A model generated the notes under the pieces. It did no database searches. It was not told where the DNA came from and saw nothing but the letters and a program-made list of their open reading frames with translations. The translations under genes were made by a program, and so were the position numbers. A stretch of DNA of 7,022 nt from Candidatus Nanohaloarchaea archaeon (lineage in GTDB: Archaea > Nanohalarchaeota > Nanosalinia > Nanosalinales > Nanosalinaceae): assembly GCA_042217695.1 (NCBI GenBank), contig JBDGSE010000003.1, forward strand, positions 1-7,022. Reading direction: 5' to 3'. Shown piece after piece: positions 1-6,086 of this stretch; the stretch's first letter is position 1; each line of letters starts with the position of its first letter.

Positions 1-54
1 CCTGTGCGGTTTTATCATGTCCCATGTGGCCGCGTCTATACCGATTATCTTCAT
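1..54 (-). CDS. 5' end of an alkaline phosphatase superfamily (nucleotide pyrophosphatase/COG3379-like) protein, truncated by the window edge
   Basis: Not in the ORF track. The reverse complement from ATG at 54 reads MKIIGIDAATWDMIKPHR with no stop. 'IIGIDAATW' matches the N-terminal metal-ligand strand of the two paralogs in this window (VFGMDGA, VVGFDGL). It starts 4 nt after the sulfotransferase stop, suggesting an operon. Confidence 0.8.
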   Translation of the reverse strand, partial: MKIIGIDAATWDMIKPHR

Positions 55-58
55 CCTT

Positions 59-709
59 TCACTGGTCGGCTTCGAGTTCCTGGAGTTTCTCGTACACTCT
101 TCTTTCCTTGTCGGACAGCACGATACTCGAGTTCTTCTGCGTCCTGTGCCCTGTGTCAACTATGCTCTCGTCCACATCCAGACCGATCTTCTCGAACGTC
201 TCGAAGGCTTCGCCGGAGAGCAGGGATTCGTAGCTCACAAGGATCGCGTCGTCGATGTTCTCGTAGGCCGCGATCAAAGCGTTGTTGTTCTCCGCCCATG
301 AGAGCCCGAACTGCGAGATCCCGCGCCTCAGCTGACTGGATTTCACGTCCTTCGGGTTCCGGTAGATGAAAACCGCCTTCATGTCCTCGGCCAGGTACTT
401 GTAGAAGAATATGGCGGGTATCCGCACGATCTTGAGCCCGGACCAGTCCTCGAACTTGTTCAATCTCTCGATGACCTTGTTCATCTCTTTCGTGTTTTCC
501 TCGGTCATCGCGTTCTCTATCAGGTCCTTGGAGACCTCTTTACCGCGTTCAAGTTCGTAGTATCCCTCTTTGTTGTACTCGTCCTCGTCGAAATCGGTCG
601 GGAAATCAACGCCCGCGCTCTCGACCAGTTGACAGGCGAGCGAGGTACCGCTCCTTGGATGTCCTGCGACGAAGACCGTCCTGTCCACTACTTTGGGCTT
701 CTCTGTCAT
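59..709 (-). CDS. P-loop (PAPS-dependent) sulfotransferase family protein, about 216 aa
   Basis: It has the 5'-phosphosulfate-binding loop VAGHPRSGTS, the 3'-phosphate-binding motif IYRNPKDVKSS and a downstream VSYESL. I moved the start from 763 to ATG 709 (MTEKPK) because a BRE/TATA-like element lies about 24-31 nt upstream of 709. Confidence 0.88.
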   Translation of the reverse strand: MTEKPKVVDRTVFVAGHPRSGTSLACQLVESAGVDFPTDFDEDEYNKEGYYELERGKEVSKDLIENAMTEENTKEMNKVIERLNKFEDWSGLKIVRIPAIFFYKYLAEDMKAVFIYRNPKDVKSSQLRRGISQFGLSWAENNNALIAAYENIDDAILVSYESLLSGEAFETFEKIGLDVDESIVDTGHRTQKNSSIVLSDKERRVYEKLQELEADQ

Positions 710-732
710 ACAAAGATAGGGGCGGCTGAAAC

Positions 733-746
733 TATTTAATCTTTCG
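733..746 (-). promoter_or_regulatory. Archaeal BRE+TATA promoter for the sulfotransferase gene (probably leaderless)
   Basis: The minus strand reads CGAAAG-ATTAAATA, ending 24 nt upstream of ATG 709. Confidence 0.65.
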
Positions 747-789
747 AAGACCTGATAGAACACGAAAACACCTCACAAACCATTAACTA

Positions 790-797
790 CTTAAGAA
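790..797 (+). promoter_or_regulatory. TATA-like box for the metallophosphoesterase gene (divergent promoter region)
   Basis: CTTAAGAA begins 28 nt upstream of ATG 818 in an AT-rich intergenic stretch. Confidence 0.5.
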
Positions 798-817
798 TAG
801 CAACACACTTGTCTGTT

Positions 818-1567
818 ATGAGCACGGTTCTTGAAACCTCGGACCTGCACCTGGAGGAACAGGACCAGGAGTCGAAGGAAGATACGCTGGAGCGACTGCT
901 GACAGTTGCAGAGGACGCCGACGAGATATGGGCTCCGGGAGACATCGGGGATGTACGGGACTGGAACATGTTCGAGGAAACGTTCTCTGAACACGATATA
1001 GAGTACAGCCTGGGCAACATGGACACGAAGCCTAATGAGAGCTACCACGCGGACCGCGACACAGTGGAAGACGTGGACCCGCTGGAGGACCCCAAGCTCG
1101 GCGGTTCCGGCGTGAAGACCGATGACGTGACCGATTTCGTCAACAACATCAAGCTTTTCGAGGAAAAACTGTCTGGAAACGGCTACAACGTGATGTTCAG
1201 CCACAACCCGAAGCACGTAGGCATCGACTCCTGGAACGAAGAGTTCATCCCTGACGAGGAGAACGACCGTGGCAGAGCGACCGCGGACCATCCTTTCTAC
1301 GACATAATAGTTACCGCGCACTACCACAACGGCGGCGCCTACGTCAACGAAAACGGCGCGCTGGTTGTTAAAAGCCCCTCTGCTAGGGAAAACTACAAGG
1401 AAGGCGCACCTGAGAGAACCTCCCAGCTGATAGAGTTCTCGGAAGACTACATCAACGTCAGAGAGGTAGACCTTGACTCTCCTGATGGCGAACCGGTATA
1501 CGAGAAGACGTTCCGGTACGACGGCGAGGGGTTCGAGGAGATAGACCCCAGGGAGTACCTGGAGTGA
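818..1567 (+). CDS. Calcineurin-like metallophosphoesterase (YfcE/MJ0936-like), divergent, about 249 aa
   Basis: The motifs SDLH, GDIGD, GNMD, SHNP and AHYH occur in the order of the D-x-H / GD-x-x-D / GN-x-D / H / GH-x-H motifs of the family. ATG 818 is preferred over TTG 809 on promoter spacing. The protein is very acidic. Confidence 0.75.
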   Translation: MSTVLETSDLHLEEQDQESKEDTLERLLTVAEDADEIWAPGDIGDVRDWNMFEETFSEHDIEYSLGNMDTKPNESYHADRDTVEDVDPLEDPKLGGSGVKTDDVTDFVNNIKLFEEKLSGNGYNVMFSHNPKHVGIDSWNEEFIPDEENDRGRATADHPFYDIIVTAHYHNGGAYVNENGALVVKSPSARENYKEGAPERTSQLIEFSEDYINVREVDLDSPDGEPVYEKTFRYDGEGFEEIDPREYLE

Positions 1568-1575
1568 ACACCGGA

Positions 1576-1583
1576 TTCAAATA
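1576..1583 (+). promoter_or_regulatory. Possible TATA-like box for the PHP gene
   Basis: TTCAAATA lies at -30 to -23 relative to ATG 1606 in the 38-nt intergenic gap. It is an imperfect match. Confidence 0.3.
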
Positions 1584-1605
1584 GCTGCGCCACGTTTTCT
1601 AACTC

Positions 1606-2475
1606 ATGAAGGAAGCAGACCTCCACACGCATTCAACCGCCTCGGATGGCACCGATTCAGTCGACACAGTGGTCGAGACCGCACGGGAACGGGACATCGA
1701 CTGCGTGGCGATAACCGACCACGACACGCTTCACGAAGAACTCGAGTTCCGTGTGGAAAAACGGAACGGCGTGGAACTTATCAACGGCGCGGAGATAAAG
1801 GCCGAGATAGACGAAATGAAGATAGAGATACTTGGATACTTTCTCGATCCCTCTGATCCTGGTCTGAAGCAGTTGACCGAAAAGATCCGGGATCTCCGCG
1901 TGGAAAGGATGCAGGAGATGGTGGAACGCGTCAACGAGGTCATCGAGCCCGAACTCGTGATGGAGGACGTGAGAGAACATACCGAAGGTGCGCTGGGCCG
2001 ACCGCACCTGGGCATGGCTCTCCGCGATAAAGACGTTGTGGACACCGTTTCAGAGGCCTTCGAGGAGTACATCGGGGACGGCCAGCACGGCTATGTCGCC
2101 ACAAAGAAGCTCCCCGCGGAAGAGGTCATACAGCAGATACATGAAAACGGTGGTGTGGCATCCCTGGCCCATCCCGGACGCGACCTGTACGAGAAAGAGG
2201 ACGAAAAAGTCGGGAAACTGGCGGGCATGGGTCTCGACGCCATCGAGGTGCCGTACAGCTACGAACGGCTCGAGAAAGACCATTCGATAGATATGCATTT
2301 CAGGGAGACGCGGGCAGAGGAGCTCGCGGACAGCTACGGACTGCTGGTCTCGGGTGGATCCGACTCCCATGGAACGGAAAGCGGGAAAGACTACATCGGC
2401 AACGTCCGGCTGGATTATGGAAAAGTAGAAAAGTTGAAGGAGAGGGCCCGTTCTAGAGGTACCCGAGGTCTCTGA
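1606..2475 (+). CDS. PHP-domain metal-dependent phosphoesterase, TrpH/YciV-like (COG0613), 289 aa
   Basis: It carries DLHTHSTASDG, AITDHDT, GAEI, ILGY, GRPH, SLAHP and SGGSDSHG, plus the helical insertion (R..R...M) typical of this subfamily. Confidence 0.92.
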   Translation: MKEADLHTHSTASDGTDSVDTVVETARERDIDCVAITDHDTLHEELEFRVEKRNGVELINGAEIKAEIDEMKIEILGYFLDPSDPGLKQLTEKIRDLRVERMQEMVERVNEVIEPELVMEDVREHTEGALGRPHLGMALRDKDVVDTVSEAFEEYIGDGQHGYVATKKLPAEEVIQQIHENGGVASLAHPGRDLYEKEDEKVGKLAGMGLDAIEVPYSYERLEKDHSIDMHFRETRAEELADSYGLLVSGGSDSHGTESGKDYIGNVRLDYGKVEKLKERARSRGTRGL

Positions 2476-3061
2476 GCCTCTCCTTTGTCTCCTCTTCCTC
2501 CTGCGGAGTCATCCCTGTGTGTTCGTCTCTCTCCTCGAGAAGGCCTTCCTCCTCGAGGTAGTCCACGACCTTCTGTGCGGATTCCTCAGGTGATTCCTCC
2601 ACGGTGTTGACCTTTACATCCGGGTTCTCAGGCTCCTCGTAGGGATGGTTCACCCCGGTGAAGTTCTCGATCTTGCCCTCCTCGGCTTTCTCGTACAGGT
2701 TCTTCGGATCCCTGTCCTTCGCCACTTCGACCGGGCAATCCACGTATATCTCCACGAACTCGCCCTCGTTCTCGATCTCTTCCCTGGCGTTCTGGCGTGC
2801 ATCCTCGAACGGTGAGATCGCTGCCACGATAGTGGCGATGTCGTGCCTGTTCAAGAGCGAGGCTATAACAGAGATCCTGCGGTTGTTGATGGCGCGTTCC
2901 TCTCTTGTAAAACCCAGGTCGGGGTGCAGCTTTTTCCTCAGGTCGTCGCCGTCCAGGTTGTGCACCTGTTTATCCCGGGAACGCAGCTCTTCCTCCACCA
3001 GCTTGGCTACAGTGGATTTTCCAGAGGACGGGAGGCCGGTGAACCAGAGAGTGAAACCCAT
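2453..3061 (-). CDS. cysC: Adenylyl-sulfate (APS) kinase with an acidic C-terminal extension
   Basis: It has the P-loop WFTGLPSSGKST and the motifs LDGD, LGFTREER, AAISP, RDPKNLY and FTGV..PYEEP. It starts 1 nt after the sat stop, with a GGTGA RBS at 3068-3072. Confidence 0.97.
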   Translation of the reverse strand: MGFTLWFTGLPSSGKSTVAKLVEEELRSRDKQVHNLDGDDLRKKLHPDLGFTREERAINNRRISVIASLLNRHDIATIVAAISPFEDARQNAREEIENEGEFVEIYVDCPVEVAKDRDPKNLYEKAEEGKIENFTGVNHPYEEPENPDVKVNTVEESPEESAQKVVDYLEEEGLLEERDEHTGMTPQEEEETKERLRDLGYL

Positions 3062-3062
3062 C

Positions 3063-4205
3063 TTATTTCACCAGCGGCTGATCGAAGTCTTTCACGGTTT
3101 CAGCTACCTCGGGGCGCATCATCTCTGGAGGTGGCGTCTTACCCTCGGAAAGCATGTTCCTTATCTTGGTGCCTGAAGGAGTGACGTGGTGTTCCTGGCC
3201 GTGGGGACAGGTCTTCTCGGAGACGGTGTCGTCGCACTTCCTGCAGTAGAAGGCGTAGTCGTAGAACATCGGTTCGATCCCGATGGCACCTATCTCGTCG
3301 AAGATGGCCTGTGCCTCGTAGTCGCCGTAGTAGTCGCCGACTCCCGCGTGGTCACGGCCAACTATGAAATGGGTGCACCCGTGGTTCTTTCTGACTATGG
3401 CGTCGAAGACCGCCTCCCGCGGCCCCATGTAACGCATCTTCGAGGTGAAGATGCTCATCGCGGAGTGCTCGGGGTAGTAGTTCTGTATCAGGCTGCGGTA
3501 GGCCTCCAGTATGACCTCGTCCCGGTAGTCTCCGGACTTCTTCGCACCTATCTTGGGGTGGACCAGCACCGAGTCAACGTGCTCCATGGCGCTCTTCTGC
3601 AGGTACTCGTGGCCTCTGTGGGGGGCGTTACGGGTCTGGAAACCGACGACGGTGTCCCAGTCCTTCTCCTTGAACAGGACCCGGGTCTCCTTCGGGTTCA
3701 GGTTGTACTCCTGGAACCGGTCGAAACCGTCCTGTATCATCTGGATGTCGCCTCCCACGAGGTATTCGTCCTTCTCCATGTACATCTTCACCCCGGGGTG
3801 CTCCTCATCGTCGGTCTGGTAAAGCTTTTCCGCGGCCTCCTTCCTGTCGTAATCGTATATCTCGTCGACGTCCATGACCGCCAGCGGTTCACCGTCGTGT
3901 TCAAGCACCACCCGGTCCTCGGATTCGATGCGTTCCCTCTGTCCCTCATCGATGTCAAGAACAATGGGAACAGTCCAGACGGTACCGTCCTCCAGCGTCA
4001 TGTCCTCGACGACCTTCAGAAAGTTGTTCTGGTCCATGAAGCCTTTAAGCGGCGAGTAACGTCCGTCCGCGATGTTGTGAAGATCCTTTACAAGGTCTTC
4101 CCCGATTTTGATGCTTTCCATATCCTTCGCCTCCTTGAGAAGGCGTTCCCTCTTCTCTCCGTCGACCTTCCGGTCGACAAGTTTTCCTCCATGCGGTGGA
4201 ATCAT
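3063..4205 (-). CDS. sat: Sulfate adenylyltransferase (ATP sulfurylase, Sat type)
   Basis: It has N-terminal PPHGGKL, YSPLKGFM, FQTRNAPHRGHE (QxRN and HxxH), GPREA, VGRDHAGVG, a CxxC...CPH zinc site, SGTKIR and MRPEV. There is an ATGA overlap with the upstream gene and a GAGGT RBS at 4214-4218. Confidence 0.98.
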   Translation of the reverse strand: MIPPHGGKLVDRKVDGEKRERLLKEAKDMESIKIGEDLVKDLHNIADGRYSPLKGFMDQNNFLKVVEDMTLEDGTVWTVPIVLDIDEGQRERIESEDRVVLEHDGEPLAVMDVDEIYDYDRKEAAEKLYQTDDEEHPGVKMYMEKDEYLVGGDIQMIQDGFDRFQEYNLNPKETRVLFKEKDWDTVVGFQTRNAPHRGHEYLQKSAMEHVDSVLVHPKIGAKKSGDYRDEVILEAYRSLIQNYYPEHSAMSIFTSKMRYMGPREAVFDAIVRKNHGCTHFIVGRDHAGVGDYYGDYEAQAIFDEIGAIGIEPMFYDYAFYCRKCDDTVSEKTCPHGQEHHVTPSGTKIRNMLSEGKTPPPEMMRPEVAETVKDFDQPLVK

Positions 4206-4408
4206 AGCGAGTAACCTCTTGCGTCAAGTATCTCCCAGAGTTTCTCGTGGTACATGTAAAGTACAAATTTGACAGCCATCGAGACGCCGGCGATGCTTCC
4301 CGCGATGCTGGCGCTCCCGGTGAAAAGGTACGAGACTATCATGGTGGTCGCGGTGCCGTGCATCCTCCAGCTCAGGCTTTTACCGGCTTTCTGTCTCAGA
4401 CCCATCAT
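4202..4408 (-). CDS. Small membrane protein, DUF2061-like
   Basis: The pattern K.LSWR..GT.TT.....LFTG.....G......K..LY.YHEKLW with two hydrophobic segments fits DUF2061. It is translationally coupled to sat through the ATGA overlap at 4202-4205. The start is 4408 or 4405. Confidence 0.82.
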   Translation of the reverse strand: MMGLRQKAGKSLSWRMHGTATTMIVSYLFTGSASIAGSIAGVSMAVKFVLYMYHEKLWEILDARGYSL

Positions 4409-4411
4409 TTT

Positions 4412-4600
4412 TCACTCCACGTACCCCAGATCCTTCAGTTTCTGGGCTATCTCCTTAGCCTCTTCGACCGAGACATCTGAACCAGAATCTCCTTCAGCCA
4501 GCTCCCGGAGCTTGTCCTGTACGAACCGGGACAGGTTTATGTGGTTCTCATCCACGAACTCCGCAAGTTCATCGGGAAGCGAAATAGTCTTTCTCTTCAT
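4412..4600 (-). CDS. Small ribbon-helix-helix (CopG/CcdA-like) DNA-binding protein with an acidic C-terminal tail, about 62 aa
   Basis: MKRKTISLPDELAEFVDENHINLSRFVQDKLRE reads as an alternating beta strand, helix A, an 'NLS' turn and helix B. ATG 4600 is preferred over 4609 on TATA spacing. It ends 3 nt before the DUF2061 gene. Confidence 0.75.
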   Translation of the reverse strand: MKRKTISLPDELAEFVDENHINLSRFVQDKLRELAEGDSGSDVSVEEAKEIAQKLKDLGYVE

Positions 4601-4622
4601 ATGATGCATAAGTTAATTAAGA

Positions 4623-4638
4623 TATTAAAAATGTTTCT
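4623..4638 (-). promoter_or_regulatory. Archaeal BRE+TATA promoter of the RHH-DUF2061-sat-cysC operon
   Basis: The minus strand reads AGAAACA-TTTTTAATA, ending about 23 nt upstream of ATG 4600 in a very AT-rich gap. Confidence 0.65.
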
Positions 4639-4639
4639 G

Positions 4640-6040
4640 TCAGAAATCGATGCCGGAAACATCCGAAACATTCTCCGGTTCGAAATCTTCCGCGAAAATG
4701 TCCAGCGGGGAACCGTCCGCCTCGAGCTCCTGGCCCAGGTACCTCGCCAGCGTGGGCGCCACGTCGACTATGTCCGCATCCTCCAGTTCGCCGGAACGGA
4801 ACGCGGGGCCGTGAGCACCGTAGATGCCTGTACGCTTGTGGACGAACGCGTCAGTAGAGAAGAGGTATTCTGGAAAAAGAGGCGGCCCTACCGCAACATC
4901 TTCGGTGGTACGGAAAAGTAAATCAGGCATCCCGTCCGGGCTATCATATATGTCTTCGGAACGCCAGACATCCGTCACAAAATCTTCTCCCTCCAATTTT
5001 TCTTTTATTTCCTCGCGAATCTTTCTCGTGTCCTGTACACTCCCTTGAGACCAGCGGTCGTCGTTGATGTTGATGTCCCCAAAATTAGAGGTCGCCTTCA
5101 AGTACGAGAAAGCTTCTGTGTTCTGGAAATCTATTGCCTCGATGAAGCCGGACTTCGGGGAGAAATCAATTCCTGTGGACGCACTTAATCTGTCGTTCAA
5201 ATATTTCAGAAAAGGCCTAAGAAAGGTCTCTGCAAGAGGAGCGGCTAGTTCCTGTATCTTTTCTTTCAGGCCTCTACCTACAGTATCTTCTTCCTCTAGA
5301 TAACCCTTCTCCTTCAGCCAAGTATTTACGTAGAAATAGTTGTCGATATGAGTGAAGCCGTGGTCCGAGACCAGCAGTATGTTGTCGTACTCCTCCATCC
5401 TGTCGCCCAGGACCTCGTCCACCTTCTCGTAGGCCTCCAGAACCTGTTCGAAACTCCTAGAACGATGCGCATTTGTATCAGTAAGCTGGAAAACTTCTAC
5501 CCTCACATCAGTCTTCCCTCCTATCTGCGGGAAAGCTTTCTTCCTTATCTCAAAGTTGTGGTGATATGCCTGCCTACGCTTCTCTTTCGTAGGTTGTTGA
5601 CCGGTCTGCACAAAATCGAAGTCCGGAATATCTTCTAAAAGGCCGGAAGGATAGACATCAGGATCCTCGACCATTGGAAAACCTTCCACCATGAAACCGT
5701 TTATAGGCCAAACCGGGGAGGTCCCAGGTACGTTTATAACTCCAAATTCTCCGTCAAGACGATCCCATACGAAGTCTCCTTTCCACTTACTTGAATTCCT
5801 CAGAACTATATCGTAGTCTTCGTTGAGCCAGGTATGGTGAGAGGTGTCAAAACGATCCGGGCGGTAACCCGAGAACATCGACACCCAGGCCGGGATGGTG
5901 ACCGGAGGGATTGTCGACTCCATTTCGCCGAACGCGCCGTCCTCCATGAAACGCTCCATATTCGGCATCAGTCCTCTGTCGATGGCCTCCTCGATGTATT
6001 CCCGGACCGCGCCGTCCATCCCGAACACCAGCAGCGTCAT
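4640..6040 (-). CDS. Alkaline phosphatase superfamily protein (type I phosphodiesterase/nucleotide pyrophosphatase, COG3379-like), about 466 aa
   Basis: It carries VFGMDGA, STIPPVTIPAWVSMFSG (Thr nucleophile region), INVPGT, TDTNAH, VSDHGF, NTWLKEKGYL, VHKRTG and IVDVAPT. ATG 6040 follows an AGGAG RBS at 6050-6054; 6064 is an alternative start. No signal peptide is visible. Confidence 0.9.
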   Translation of the reverse strand: MTLLVFGMDGAVREYIEEAIDRGLMPNMERFMEDGAFGEMESTIPPVTIPAWVSMFSGYRPDRFDTSHHTWLNEDYDIVLRNSSKWKGDFVWDRLDGEFGVINVPGTSPVWPINGFMVEGFPMVEDPDVYPSGLLEDIPDFDFVQTGQQPTKEKRRQAYHHNFEIRKKAFPQIGGKTDVRVEVFQLTDTNAHRSRSFEQVLEAYEKVDEVLGDRMEEYDNILLVSDHGFTHIDNYFYVNTWLKEKGYLEEEDTVGRGLKEKIQELAAPLAETFLRPFLKYLNDRLSASTGIDFSPKSGFIEAIDFQNTEAFSYLKATSNFGDININDDRWSQGSVQDTRKIREEIKEKLEGEDFVTDVWRSEDIYDSPDGMPDLLFRTTEDVAVGPPLFPEYLFSTDAFVHKRTGIYGAHGPAFRSGELEDADIVDVAPTLARYLGQELEADGSPLDIFAEDFEPENVSDVSGIDF

Positions 6041-6086
6041 ATTATCAGTCTCCTTTACCAACATTTTATTACTTCAGTATATTGAT

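Noticed and set aside
710..763. N-terminal extension of the sulfotransferase from the ORF-track start at 763
   Set aside because: It overlaps the promoter-like element and is atypical in composition. ATG 709 fits better.
3318..3339. Direct repeat GTAGTCGCCG x2
   Set aside because: It simply encodes GDYYGDY within the conserved Sat motif region and is not a CRISPR or regulatory repeat.
3063..4205. sat as a marker of dissimilatory sulfate reduction or sulfur oxidation
   Set aside because: It is linked to cysC and a sulfotransferase, and no aprAB, qmo or dsr genes are in the window.
3186..4214. 342-aa plus-strand ORF
   Set aside because: It is an antisense shadow of sat. It is V/L-rich as expected from the reverse complement of an acidic, GC3-rich gene and has no motifs.
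4202..4600. RHH plus small membrane protein as a toxin-antitoxin pair
   Set aside because: The second gene matches DUF2061, not a known toxin, and is coupled to sat. A regulatory role is more parsimonious.
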